Shown: positions 23,930 through 37,482 of the stretch, in pieces
Position numbering within the stretch: position 1 is the stretch's first letter
Layout of the letters: each line of letters opens with the position of its first letter
Assembly (NCBI GenBank): GCA_951406725.2
Contig: OX597817.1
Span: 32,612,001-32,676,000, forward strand
DNA from: Octopus vulgaris
Taxonomy: Eukaryota
Direction of reading: 5' to 3'
DNA: 64,000 nt
Made by a program: the position numbers and the translations under genes
Notes under the pieces: model-generated
The model's database searches: none
What the model was told of the DNA's origin: nothing
The model's input: only the letters and a program-made list of their open reading frames with translations

Positions 23930-26900
23930 TTAAAAAGATGACGATGGTGATGTGCCTCATTACTTTTCTCTCCAAAACTACAGATTGCTGGAAATTCCTT
24001 TTTGCTTATATTTGGTTTACCTACATTAACTTATTAATGTTCAAGTTATACCTCTGCTACTTCTCCCTCACCAGTTGAGGAGAGTCTTCAGAAGTCATGG
24101 GTGTCACACTCCTCTTCTTGCTAAATAGTAAAAAGAAGTCACTTGTAGTAAAGTTAGCAATTTAACACTATTGAAGGATAATGGTGTACATCAGTTTACA
24201 CAGTTCCAGCAAACTATCCACATCATTGAAATATTCTAATGTGCAGAAGTTTAAAAAATTTTTTTTTTTAGTGTGGCTTGTTTTGAATAGTTGAATAGTC
24301 TTATACACTTGTTTGAGTACTGGAGCATGACTTTTCAGTAAGATTGATCCCTTTGAACTGATCTGCTTCATGTAGTTAGTGGCTTTGCTTTAGCTTCTCT
24401 ATTTGAATATGCAGCTTCTAATTCATCTGGTTTGTGGTTCTTGTAAAAAAAAAGAAAAAAAAAGAAAAAAAAGACCCCCCCCAAAAAAAAAACAAAAACA
24501 AAAACAAAACACCCTTTTGTACAGATACACACACATTTTAACTATGCTGTCCTAAGTTCTCTATAGGTTAAATTACTTTTCTATTAGAGGCTGCAGCAGG
24601 TAATTTTACAGTTAGGCACCCCTTTTAATATTGACCACTTCATCATCAAATAGGATAGGAATCTATTTTCTTGCTAGAAGTATTGATGCATGTAATGTGC
24701 TTTTATCAGGAAAGAATGTTTGGACTAAAATAGTATTTGAATTCATGATCAAGTAATCAGTATTTCAAGACCTTAATCTGACACCTATTGTACCTTACTA
24801 ATTTTCAGGTGTTTGAAAGAAAATCCCCATTTCATACACATGAAATTATTTCACTAATAAAATTTGCAGTTTCACACACACACTGTTGCTCTCTCACTCT
24901 CTGTCTCTCTCTCTCTGACTCTCTGTCTCTGTCTGTCTGTCTGTCTCTGTTTGTCTGTCTGTCTGTCTCTCGCTTGCTCGCTCACTCACAGTCTGTAAAT
25001 ACAAGATAACCCTGTCATTGGTTATATCTTGGTCTGTTGTTTGAGTGTTGATTGTCAATCGAAAACTCAACCTTTTGTGAATGAATAAGGATAAAGATTT
25101 TATGAAATAACACTGTTTATATAAGAAAATCATTTGTGTTCCTGTCTTTTGCAGATTTGACCCCTTAATAAGGCCAATTAGAACTGAATTTAATCTTTAG
25201 TTAGCTACTCATTACAATATTTGCTTACAGTATATTTCTTTATTTTGTTATACTGTCAACATACCTGAGTTATTTGCTCACATATAATGTGTTTGCCATT
25301 AGCGGTTTTTAGAAAATCACTTTTCAGATTAATTCATATTTCTAAAGTTTTTTTCTTTTTTTTTTTGCAAACCATATTTAACTTTATGTCCAGTACTTAA
25401 TTGAAATTTCTTTTGTGTTAGTATCTTTACACACTTTCCTTTTCTTTTTTGTGTTACTCAGTCTCTTGAAGATTTCACCATCTTGTTTGATATCTAAGAG
25501 GCTATTTTCTTTAGTGTTTGTTGAGAGTGGTGCTACCGCTAAGTTCCACATCATGAGACAACCCTAATATAGGAGTCTCCTTTCTGATAGGAGGCACTAC
25601 CATCATTTAATTCATTCCAGTGATCAAGTTTAAAGCTACTAATCAGTTCCTATAGACCTGTTGAAATTTGTGGACATCAGTCTAATAAGTACCTGGGCTT
25701 GTCAGAAGCACTCTGTACACTTTGTAAAGTGGTCAGCATTACAAAAGGGCATCCTGTCATAGAAACCATGCTTAAACAGATACTAAAGCTTGGTACAATA
25801 GTTCTCTGGCTCACCAGCTTCTGTCAAACTGTCTAACCCATGCCAGCATGGAAAAATGGTTTTTAGATGATGATGATGATGATGTCTCAAAAGCTTAAGA
25901 AGGTATAACCCTGATGTTTAACAGGCTCTGTGGTTTCCACTTGAACTGGCACTATTACTGGGACAGCATTGCACTCTGATAGCCCCCAGGGTACCTCAGT
26001 AGCACAAGTTGGCCCTATCCTGCTCACTAGTTCTTCTGTTTATGACCAGAGCCATTGAAAATAGGATTGATTCTTGGCCATCAAACGCAATTTCTGTACT
26101 TTGACATTATTAGTTTGCTTTGAAGTGGCTGAACTAATTCTGTGTTATTGGATGTAGTCCAGTCTTGTTCCAACAATGGACACAAGTTGTTACTCCATTA
26201 CAACTCCATTCACAAGCCACCAGTTACATTCAACTGTCTCAAGAACATTTAAATGTTTTCTTCAAGCCACATTCATATACATCATTGTGAACTGCAGATC
26301 AAGAACGAACAAGAAGTACATTATGTCACAGAGCCTAGCTATTCAAACACATTGATGTAAGCCTATAATTTAATATGCTTGTATACTATAGTTTTTAACA
26401 CTTAATGATAGTGTGCTTAATGGTAGTAATTTTATTGACTGAGACAAATAATAGTCTGAGTCTATATTGACAAAATTTAAATTCAGAGTTGTAAGCCACT
26501 AAACTGCTTAATCATACTTTTATTATCGGACTTGTTCCAACCATTTAAAAACAATATACTTTTGACTGTATCCTTGGATTATTGAATATGTGTTTCTCTT
26601 GTATTTTATTTTTGGAGGTAATTTCATTTTCTATTTTCTTTACAATACTTTGTGTTACTGTATTATGTTTAATTCTTGCCAAATAAATGCTGAAATGCTA
26701 AACACAATAATATATATCTAACATGACAATGTATAGTTATTTCATCATTTCACACCACATAGAAATGAATATTTGAGAAATGAATGATTTATAGAATTTT
26801 ATTAATTAATATGCAATTCATGCATTATGGCAGTTGGTAATTGGAAATACTTTCAGATATGGGGCAGATACTGTACCTACTAACCTGGACAGTTGGGAAA

Positions 26901-27017
26901 ATATTAATAAGTTTTTGGTAGAGGTATTTGTATAATAAACCCTTCAGTCTATGTAATATCAAAATTCTATGTAGGCTGGCTTCCTTTTGTGTATTTTGAT
27001 ATGTCTGTAGTTGGAAG

Positions 27018-27050
<33 letters not shown>

Positions 27051-27082
27051 GCATATATATATATATATATATACATACATAC

Positions 27083-27129
<47 letters not shown>

Positions 27130-27324
27130 AAAGAAAATATTGCGATATATTACTGAAACTTATTTTTTATATCAGCTTGAAGGGAAATATGAGTTCATAT
27201 TGTTCGCAATATTTCTATGGCTATAACAAGTTATTGGATTATTGATCTCAACCTAGCAATACAAACCTTTTACATTATAATGTGAAAAGACTGTTCTGCT
27301 AGGTTGACACCAACATAATGTGAA

Positions 27325-27650
27325 TACTTACTTAAGCTCTTTTCTCCCTATGGAGCATAGGTCACTGATGACCTTTCTCCACTCTCCTCAACTCTGGGCT
27401 GTCCTCTCTCAGGTCTTATTGGTTTTGAATTGTCTCTGATGCTTCGGTAACTGTATTTTTTTTCTTGGTAGGGGTGTTGGTCCTACACAAATCTATTTTT
27501 ACCTCCGGGAAGAGGTGGTCTGTATTCGTCTAGCCACTATCCTTTGACCTGTCTAGCATGAGAGGTCTTGCCACGAGTTTGCTTGTACTCTGCTGGCATA
27601 GCTCTTGGTGTCAGTGAAGCATGCAAGCCACCACATCATAATGACAGAAC
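27325..27650 (-). mobile_element. Degenerate RTE-like non-autonomous retroposon
   Basis: (TAAG)n-like tail and RTE-style terminal sequence; a similar end lies at about 36635-36780. Family call from memory. Confidence 0.4.
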
Positions 27651-28254
27651 CTTGTGCTGGATAATTATGCATACAGGTAACTGAAAGCTATAGAACACTA
27701 AGCTATAGAAAGCTATAGAACTAAGCTATAGAACTCTAAGAATAAGTACTTTATGATAAATTAATTAAGTGTTTGAAGGGAAGGCATTTTAAAAATAAAG
27801 CAACAATTAAATATTTAATATGGACCTCATGCAGATATCTCACATGGAGAAGAAAAAATTAGCATTGTCAAAATAATTCTATTTAAGGAAGTATTTCTAG
27901 ATGTGTTCAAGATAATTTTCTTTGTACATTGTAAAATCTACACTATCCTTTAATTAAGCCCCTCTCTCTCTCTCTTTCTATTTATATATAGTGAAGCTCA
28001 TGGCCTAGTGGTTAGGCTGTTGCACTCAATGATTGCTAGATCGAGGGTTTGATTCCTTGATTGTGCAGTCTGTTGTGTTCTTGAGCAAAACACTTCATTT
28101 CACATTGCTCCAGTCCCTCTTTTGATCAGGGGGGAATGTTGGCCTGCATGCCTAGCCAGTGGGATAGCATCATTTAGAGGTTAAAACAATGCAAAAAAAA
28201 CGCATTGTGATTAGCAATGTGTAACATCTGATAGCCTGGTTGGTCATGTTGTAT

Positions 28255-28290
<36 letters not shown>

Positions 28291-28451
28291 TGGTGCAGGA
28301 GTAACTGTGGGGTAAGAAGCTTGCCTCCCAACCACATGGTTCTGGGTTCAGTCTCGCTGCGTGACACCTTGGGCAAGTGTCTTCTACTATAGCATTGGGC
28401 TGACCAAAGTCTTGTGAGTAGATTTGGTAGACGGAAACTGAAAGAAGCCTG

Positions 28452-28507
<56 letters not shown>

Positions 28508-28945
28508 TTTCAAAATGTGATCGCGTGTGTACCGTTGGCGATTTTTTTTTCCTCCGTCTTCCCTTCTCTGAATCTTTCATTTTCCTATGTTTTTGACGAA
28601 GAGCTCCGCTCGAAACGTAAAACCCTCCTTCTTCCCTTCCTTCCTGAGTGTCCAATAATACTATATTTGTTCCACGTTCTCGCGTTGTTGTGTTTTCTCT
28701 TGGTGTTTTCATGTTTGGATTAACTATATATATGTATGTGTTTATGTGTCTGTGTTTGTCCCCCCACCATCGCTTTGACAAACGATGTTGGTGTGTTTAC
28801 ATTCCTGTAACATAGTGCTTCAGCAAAAGATACCGATAGAATAAGTACTAGGCTTACAAAGAATAACTCCTGGGGTTGATTTGTTCGACTAAAGGTGGTG
28901 CTCCAGCATGGCTGCAGTCAAATGACTGAAACAAGTAAAAGAGTA
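28291..28945 (+). mobile_element. SINE family B interrupted by an HHR mini-element
   Basis: Head, core and tail are present; the insert lies in the internal (TA)n. Confidence 0.9.
28514..28725 (+). mobile_element. Mini-element with minimal HHR at 28589-28623
   Basis: GTTT-TTGACGA-A-GAGC-TCC-GCTC-GAAA-CG-TA-AAAC. Confidence 0.75.
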
Positions 28946-29037
28946 ATATCCCAAAATTATGTAAATAAATCCAAATAGTAATCTAGATTATAATATAAAT
29001 CATCTTTTATTAGAGACAGTAAGATGGTACATACAAC

Positions 29038-29222
29038 GAGCTGGCAGAACCGTTAGCATGCCGGGCAAAATGTGTAGCCGAGGTCAACTTTGCCTTTCAT
29101 CCTTTCGGGGTCGATAAATTAAGTACCAGCTACGCACTGGGGTCGATGTAATCGACTTAATACCTGTGTCTGTCCTCGTTTGTCCCCTCTATGTTTAGCC
29201 CCTTGTGGGTAATAAAGAAATA
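29038..29222 (+). mobile_element. SINE family A, internally deleted
   Basis: TSD GGTACATACAAC (29026-29037, 29223-29234). Confidence 0.9.
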
Positions 29223-29544
29223 GGTACATACAACCTGCATATACTCTGTTTCAATCATACGGCTTTGGTCATTAACATTGCATGCTCTGACTTAACTACC
29301 AGGAGTTGATCCTGCCACAAGCTGATGTATGTGCTTATTAAATGTGGTGTATTCTCACTGAACCTAGTGTCACACATTTTAGAATACATTTTTAATGGTG
29401 TTAAGTATTCAGTTCCTGGTCTTGTTTTGCAAATGAAAAACTTTCTGTGTTTCATTTTTGCTCAGAGTTAACAAAATCATGCTTTAGCTAACTCTTTAAT
29501 CTTCATGAGGTTCAGTTAGTGATTTAAAGAATTGTCTCTTTTTT

Positions 29545-30047
29545 TTACTCTCTTAGTATTTTACTGGTTTCAGTCATTTGACTGCGGCCATGCTGGAGCA
29601 CCGCCCTTAGTCAAGCAAATTGACCCCAGGACTTATTCTATCGGTCTCTTTTGCCTAGTACTTATTCTATCGATCTCTTTTGCCTAGTACTTATTCTATC
29701 GGTCTTTTGCCTAGTACTTATTCTATTGGTCTTTTGCCTAGTACTTATTCTATCTGTCTCTTTTGCCGAACCACTAAGTTACGGGGACGTAAACACTCCA
29801 GCATCAGTTGTCAAGTGATGTTGGGGGGGCAGAAACACAGACACACATACATACACACATACATACATATATATACATATATATGATGGGCTTCTTTTAG
29901 TTTCCATCTACCAAATACACTCACAAGGCTTTGGTTGGCCCGAGGCTATAGTAGAAGACACTTATCCAAAGTGCCACACAGTGGGACTGAACCTGAAACA
30001 ATGCTATTGGGAAGCAAGCTACTTACCACACAGCCACTCCTGCGCCT
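29545..30047 (-). mobile_element. SINE family B with internal tandem expansion
   Basis: Repeated CCTAGTACTTATTCTATCGGTCTTTTG units at about 29630-29770. Confidence 0.9.
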
Positions 30048-30297
30048 ATAACTTCTATGTAGAAGTTTTCTTCTTTTTTTTTATGTTTACCACCATTCTC
30101 CTTATTGTGTTTTAGCATGCTTTCTTTCAAGTGATTGCAGGTTTTTGAAGCTGGTTTGTTTTATATATATCAACTTCATAATGATGAACCTGACTTTGTC
30201 TAAGTAGTTGTATTTGCTTAGCTTGAAAATGGCAGCATTGTAAATAAGTTATATATATATAGTTCAACAAGTGTGTGACCAACACTTTGACTCTGAA

Positions 30298-30600
30298 TCT
30301 TCTTCTTCTTCTTCTTCTTCTTCTTCTTCTTCTTCTTCTTCTTCTTCTTCTTCTTCTTCTTCTTCTTCTTCTTCTTCTTCTTCTTCTTCTTCTTCTTCTT
30401 CTTCTTCTTCTTCTTCTTCTTCTTCTTCTTCTTCTTCTTCTTCTTCTTCTTCTTCTTCTTCTTCTTCTTCTTCTTCTTCTTCTTCTTCTTCTTCTTCTTC
30501 TTCTTCTTCTTCTTCTTCTTCTCTTCTTCTTCTCCTTCTCCTTCTCCTCTTATTATTATTATTATTATCATCATCATCATCATCATCATCATTATTATTA
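30298..30600. repeat. (TTC)n/(ATT)n/(ATC)n microsatellite
   Basis: Directly visible. Confidence 0.98.
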
Positions 30601-31648
30601 AGAAGAAGAAGAATGTGAATTGCCCAAATTGTTAGCACATTAGAGAAAATGCTAAGCAGCATCTCTTCAGGCTCATTGCCTTCTGAGTTCAAATACTGCC
30701 GAGGTCAGCTTTTACCTTTCACCCTTAATAAAATAAAATATTTGTTAAGTGCTAGTGTTGCTGTTATTGACTTACCTGTCCCTTAAAATTACTGGCATTG
30801 TGCAGAAATTTGAAACAATTAAGGTGGCAAGCTAGCAAAATCATTACTGCTTCGTGGCATCTTGTCCTGTTCTGAGTTCAAATTCTGCTAAGGTTGACTT
30901 TGCCTTTCATCGTTTCAGGGTCGATAAAATAAGTACCAGTCAAGTGCTGGGGTCAATGTAATCAACTTGATTTTCTCCTCAAAAATTATTGGCCCCATAC
31001 CAAAATATGAAATCATCATTATTATTATTAGCTATGTATGTTGAGATTAAATTTGTGATAATTACTGTTTGAATTATAGAAAAAAAAAGTTGGGGTTATA
31101 AGTAATCGTTGTATCTTTAATGTGACAAATGGCCTAGATATATTTTAAATTAGATTTCATGAAAGCAAATATCAGTAAAAATATATATTTTGAATTTAGA
31201 GTTATTGCTAACAGGTTAAAACTGTAATCTCTTTTGAAATTAACTGCTGAATTTAATCTTATATTAACTGTTAAGTTTAATCTATAATCTGTAATGTGTG
31301 TGTGTGCATGTGCGCATATGCGTCTCTGTGCATTGTCATGTGTAGCCCCAGGTTAGCTCCGATTAAGCAGATATGTGACATTCAGGTAGTCAACTGAATA
31401 ACTAGGTGCAAGCTACCTTTTTTTTCCCTCCAAATTTTACCGCGCTTACACCTAGGTGAATACCAGGCTGCACATACCAGCGTGAGATAAAGAATTGTAT
31501 AGGGATTATGGGATGTCTATGTAGTAATAATTTCAATCATCAAGTTAACGTTTCTTTTAAGGGAAAGGAAGATGACACTAGTTAGGGGGAATCCTGTAAT
31601 GTTTAGCATGTAGGTCTGTGAATTTGTTATATTATTTTAGGATAAAAT

Positions 31649-31720
31649 TGTTCGTTGGTCTAGGGGTATGATTCTTGCTTTGGGTGCAAGAGGTCCCGGG
31701 TTCGAATCCCAGACGAGCCC
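31649..31720 (+). pseudogene. tRNA-Pro(TGG) retrocopy
   Basis: Matches eukaryotic tRNA-Pro GGCTCGTTGGTCTAGGGGTATGATTCTCGCTTTGGGTGCGAGAGG...; 5' end altered, T-stem mismatch, CpG-type changes. Confidence 0.85.
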
Positions 31721-31799
31721 CAGCATTATTTTGTTGTGGTGCACCTGAGCACTGTATACAATAATTTCATTATTATATTATATATAAAATTGTGGTGTT

Positions 31800-33480
31800 T
31801 GTGAGATATGTAAAAAATACTCATTGACATCAGGCTCAAAGCAGACTGACCTAGAAATGCAAGACTATCCAAAGAAGAAAAATATAGAAACTGAAATATC
31901 CCTTGATCAAACGTAAGTGCAAAGAAGTACTAGATCGTGCACATGTCAAGAAGGGAAGGGTAGACAAGTAAGAGTTACTCTGTGACAATCTGCTTTGAGT
32001 AGTGATGAGAGGATCACAGACGTTAAGACAACATTGGTAAAAAGTATATCAGTAATGCTAACAAGTTATTTGACCTCACTGATGCTAAAGAAAGAGGCAT
32101 GGAAATGCTACTATGGAGGGGTTGCTGAATAAAGAGAATACACAAGAGAGAGAGAGAGACTCAAGTAGGCTCAGTAGAGGGACCAGCTTTTGAAATTGAT
32201 GGCATTTTGATCAGAGGCATTAAATTAACGGACCAAGTCGTAAAAATTAGAAAAAGATAGCACAGCTAATTAGGAAGAAAATTAGGTTAGATGAGATATG
32301 CTTCACATTTGTGCCAAGATGGAGAGCCACCGATGTCTGTTTCTTAGTTTGGTAACTACAGTTGTAGGAAATAAGAGTGGGTCAAGGTGGAGGAGGAGGT
32401 AAGTGACAGTACAAAAAGTGGGGAGCCAAGCAGCATTGTAATGCAACTATATAGATGAAAAATAGGGAGATAGTGTGAGGGAAGAGGTGTACAGTAATAG
32501 GGGCCTGTTTCCTGATGGGAGTAGCATCATGTCTGTTTTCCTGCTTACTAAAACTTTGGTTTTTACTAAGTTAACTGTAAGGCCCTTTGATTTAAGGTTT
32601 TACTTCCACACCTGGAATTTGTTTTCTAAATCTACTACAGCTTCAGCTATAAGAACAAAGTCATCAGCATAGAGGAGTTTCCTTGGGCACCCAGTCTTAA
32701 ACACCTCTATTATAGCTTGGAGAACTATGATGAATTGGAGTGGACTGAAAACTGATCCCTAGCAAACACTTGCTCACTGTAAGTAGGAACTCTTAAACTG
32801 TAAATTATGGGTGCATAAGTGATGCATAAGCAGGCTTACAAAGAAGGGGGCCTTCATTGTAACAGTGCACAGAAATAGTTAGCAGTTAGAACACCTATGA
32901 AATATATCTTAAATTCTAGACGGCTCTCTAGAAGTAGTAGAAAGCTTCCATTGTCTAGAGTACCTAATTAGTGATGTAGTTGAGTGTTTCAGAATCTTAG
33001 TAGCCAGAGTAAGAAACAGGGTGGAAAAAATTCAGGGAGACATATCTGTTGGCAACCACAGGGTCCTCTATTCAAGTGAGGGGTAGGTAGATTGTGCGAT
33101 GTTTCTGTATGATGTATGATATTGCATAGTGGCAAAAGAAAGATCTTGAATGCAGTGGATGTTCAAGAGTTAGAAATGAGGTAAAGACATTCTGCTGGAT
33201 GTGTAATGTCAGCATGCATGAACTGTGGAGGTCATATGAGGCGAGAGAAAAACTGAATGTAAGAAGAATCAGCTGTAGTTTGAAAGAGAGAAAACTGCAC
33301 TAGTATGATCATGTGATGTGTATAGATGATGACAAGTAAAGAGGTGTCAAGCAAGCTAAATAGATATAAACTGTGGAATAGGAAGTCATAGGAAGAAGGC
33401 TCATCTCAGTAGCTTAAACTTCATGAAGGTGATAACAAAGCATTGTAATAAGTATAAGATGCTTTCTAGTGAGAACCCAT
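31800..33480 (+). pseudogene. RTE-clade LINE remnant with inverted RT segment
   Basis: Minus strand about 32490-32780 reads GSVFSPLQFIIVLQAIIEVFKTGCPRKLLYADDFVLIAE...VNLVKTKVLVS; flanks read as degenerate RTE ORF on plus. Confidence 0.75.
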
Positions 33481-34432
33481 GTAACCTATGGGAATATTGA
33501 AAATCAGATATTAGGTGATGATAATGTGAAGTGTTATTTTTAGATAACTCATTAGTCTGATGAATAGCCCTTGTGGTATAGAATGGTTCATAGCTGGACA
33601 AAGGCAGTTTATGGGCAAATTTTCCAATTGAATGAAAAACTATTATCATAACTGCTATAAGCTCAATATCTTCTTCTTCTCCTCCAGAACCGTCCAATAA
33701 AACGAAAAAATATAATTTGATCCAAAAAAGTTATTTATCCTGTTTTCGGCAAAGTAACTAGTTATGTTTTCCAACAAGCAGTGTTACCAAAAAAAAAAAA
33801 AAAAAGTCACCATGCTGATTATGTAAAAGACTGCTATTATTGTATAAACAGTGTGCTCTCAGACTAAAAAGTCATTAGTTCAAACAGTGGAATTAATTTT
33901 ATGCTGTGAGGAAAGAATTTAACATTTTGGGCAGAAAGAATCCTTTGCTGGGGAGACAGTAAAAGGGTCATTAGTTTGTTTTCAGCAGTCAGGGGAGTAA
34001 TGTGATTATAGGAAATCTCAAGTCTGTCTCCATTTATGTATTAGTAAAGTAAAAGAGAGAATAAAATTTTAATACAAATTTAACTGAAAGGTTGTTTGTT
34101 GGATCATAAAACTGAGGTGAAATTTTTGCAAATAATTAAATAATGATTACCCCCGTTGGCACATTCTTTATTTCTTTTACTTATTTCAGTTATTGCACTG
34201 CAGTCCACTCGGCTATGTCTGTTGAAGGGTTTTTAGTCAATCAAATCTATCCCAGTTTGGAGGCACATGGTTTAGTGGTTAAGGTGTTGGACTCAGGATT
34301 GTAAGATTGTGGTTTTGATTCCTGGACTCGGTGATCATTGTGTTCTTAAGCAAAACTTCATTTCACACTGCTTTAGTCCACTCAGCTGGTCAAAATGAGT
34401 AATTCTGCAACAAACTGGTGTCCCATCTAGGG

Positions 34433-34467
<35 letters not shown>

Positions 34468-34769
34468 ATCACCGTGACCGACCAGGCTATCAGATGTTTC
34501 TACACATTGCTGGTCACAATGCGCTTCGCATTGTTTTAGCCTTCAAATGATGCCACCCCGCTGGCTAAGCAAGCAGGCCAACAGAAGAAAGAGTGAGAGA
34601 AAGTTGTGGTGAAAGAGTATAGCAGGGACTGCCACCACCCCCTGCCAGAGCCTCATGGAGCTTTAGGTGTTTTTGCTCAATAATCACTCACAACGCTGGT
34701 CTGGGAATCGAAACCGTGATCCTACGACTGCGAGTTCGCTGCCCTAACCACTGGGCCATTGCGCCTCCA
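34468..34769 (-). mobile_element. tRNA-derived SINE family C, nested in (TA)n of an older SINE
   Basis: TGGAGGCGCAATGGCCCAGTGGTTAGG A box, GGTTTCGATTCC B box; partial copies at 44775-44944 and 27990-28250. Confidence 0.9.
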
Positions 34770-36944
34770 TATATATATATATGCCAGAAAAACTGGGAAA
34801 CTGGCCCTATGCTCCCTACAGAGTAATGTGGACTAACCAAATCTATCCCAGTATTTATTTAAAATCTGATACTTATTTTATCAGTCTCTTTTTGTTGAAC
34901 TGTTAAGTTACACACACATAAATAAACTGGTAGGGGAAAGAGTATAACCAGTTGAATTAATTCCATTATATGATTAATACTTCATCGAAAATCAAATTCC
35001 AGTAGGATTTGAACTCAGAAGGTTAAGACTAAGCTAAATGCTATTAGTTTATTCTTTCTGATGCTTCACTGTTTCAGCCAGTTCACTTCACTTTGAACAT
35101 GAAATAAATAACGAAGTGTTATTGAAGGAAGATAAATAGTGCAGAGTGTCAATTATATCCTTTGATTTGTGTGTTTAGAATAGCTTAAGTTTGCTTTCTT
35201 GAGTTATCTAAGTATGCATGGGAGAATATGTTTTGTATCTTTTCTTGGCAACTTTTTTATTTCTTTATTGATAATTACTATCCACTTAGCATTGTAACAA
35301 CCATTTCTTGTTGCAATCTACAAAAGTAGCAAGGCTAGAATCAGAAAATAAAAGACAGTTATACAGTTACAGCAGTATATAATTGTTTTTTTTTTCTATG
35401 TTCCTTTTTAATATTTTTCTAAATATAACTACAAAATGGTTCAAGCAAAGCTGAAGTACATTTTTGTTTAATACTTTAATAAACAAATAAACACAGTAGT
35501 TACTCTGAAATATTGAGTGAAGTTTTCCAATTTGGAACGGTTAAGTTACAGTTGAAAGTATTTCTTCATTGAGTAAGGCATATGATATTCCTGGTTCATA
35601 TTTCTGCCATGCCATCCAAAACTATGGTCTAGATTGGTTTTAGATAATACTATCCAATATCATATTTAGTTGTAAGAAATTGGATGTTGTGTGGACATAA
35701 AATTTCATATCCAGCTCTAGTTTCTAGAGGTTTTAGCGATAACTACCAGAAAGTCGGTGAGATAGATTTTATGTGAGATAATGTAATTCTTCAAGGTTTC
35801 TCAGAGATGATTTGTTACCCAACAGTATTAACATTTAGAACAGCGGTTGTTGATTAGATCCAAGTCAACAGATCAGTGGTGTTCTAGCCATGATCATCTC
35901 ATTCTTTTTCTGAGATAGTTATATCTAGTTTTCGTTATCTTTCCTTTTTGGAATGGCAGGTTGTTCCTTAAGGGAGATTTGACTGCTAATTCTGTTAGGT
36001 TGAGCAACCATAAAATGGTTCTTTTTTCTTTCTTCTTCTTTTTTTTGGCTGTGCAATGAAAGCATCTGTTGGTGGTTGTGCATCAATTTTTCAACGTTTT
36101 AATATTATCAAACTCAGATATTTATTCTATAGACAGATCACATTTAATTGCAAGTGAAAATGCAAAATGCTTTTAATCCTTGTTTTCCAAACTATCAAAT
36201 TCTGTCATTTCTTCATACCTTGACAAGTTTTTGGATAATTTCAAGAATACTGAATTTAGATGATTGATTCCTTCTCTTTATTTCATGACATGTCTTTGAT
36301 TACTATGCTTGAAAACCAAAGGAATGAGACGATAATTTCTGTTTTCTATTTATAAGAACAACTTAATTGATCATTTGCTAAAACATTGTTAGTGTTCAGA
36401 GTGATACTTTGTTAAAACCTCAAAGTGCTAATGGTCCTTTTTAATCTTTTGTAAGATAACTTTTGGAGCTAATGGTACTTGCGGACACTAAATTCATAAA
36501 GTTTCTTTCATTTGATTCTTTTATGAACTTGTTTAAAACACTGATGTAGAATTTTATATTCTGTCTTCATTTTTTTTAAATTTCAAAATAATAAATTTTA
36601 ACTGTTTGTGACATATCTATATATATGTGTATATTCTTATTCTTTATCCTTTAACTCCATGTGGAGTGTAGGGTGCGAACAAGAGATCTCCACCCTATCT
36701 TGATCTTTGGCAATGGATTGCAGAATGTCCCTAGGTGTAACTGTCTGCCAGTACTTCAGCCTCTGTGGACATTTTCCATAGTCATTGAATAATTCATTAT
36801 TTATTCAAATTCTTCCAAACTCTACTACCATGGTAGAGCTGCAAAAGTTGATTCTCTAAAACATTGATTGTTTGTGAATATGTCTCCCATCGCTAGAATT
36901 CTTGGCAAGGAATTCAACATTTCCTATGGAATAAAATTTAAAAA

Positions 36945-37482
36945 TATAATGGTTGTATACTGTCAACTTAACGTGACAAGAAGGGGATTACACCACCGCT
37001 GTTTAGCCCTAGGAAGCATCGACACTTCCTCTTGGCTTCGACACACTTACTGTGTCCTTATATATTTACGAAGGGGAGACAAATACCCCCAACAGCTAGG
37101 CCTGCATCTAGAGACACGCATGTTTCAGGGTTCTTGCCCTTCATCGGTCTAGAGTAGCATTAGCCTGCTAGCTGCGAATATTTGTCTCAATTTCGCAAAT
37201 ATATATATCTAATTTTCAGTGAAGTATATTCCCTGATTACCAAAATCAATGAAGGGCAAGGATCCTGAAACATGCGTGTCTCTAGATGCAGGCCTAGCTG
37301 TTGGGGGTATTTGTCTCCCCTTCGTAAATATATAAGGACACAGTAAGTGTGTCGAAGCCAACAAGAAGCGTCGATGCTTCCTAGGGCTAAACAGCGGTGG
37401 TGTAATCCCCTACTGTCACGTTAAGTTGACAGTATACAACCATTATATCGTCCTACCACCGTACATATCTCTATGAGATACC
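36945..37482 (+). mobile_element. PLE-like element with inverted arm, tail and TSD
   Basis: About 200-bp arms (36944-37144 / 37249-37448), 34-bp tail, 12-bp TSD AAAATTTAAAAA. Confidence 0.85.
37107..37153 (-). ncRNA. Type I hammerhead motif (U4C variant)
   Basis: TCTAGA-CCGATGA-AGGG-CAAGAA-CCCT-GAAA-CATGCGTG-TC-TCTAGA. Confidence 0.75.

Noticed and set aside
30218-30692. Poly-K/E/S/L ORFs
   Set aside because: Translations of a (TTC)n microsatellite.
31649-31720. Functional tRNA-Pro gene
   Set aside because: Acceptor stem 5' end is replaced by TSD sequence, the T stem is mismatched, and it is fused to a retroposon tail.
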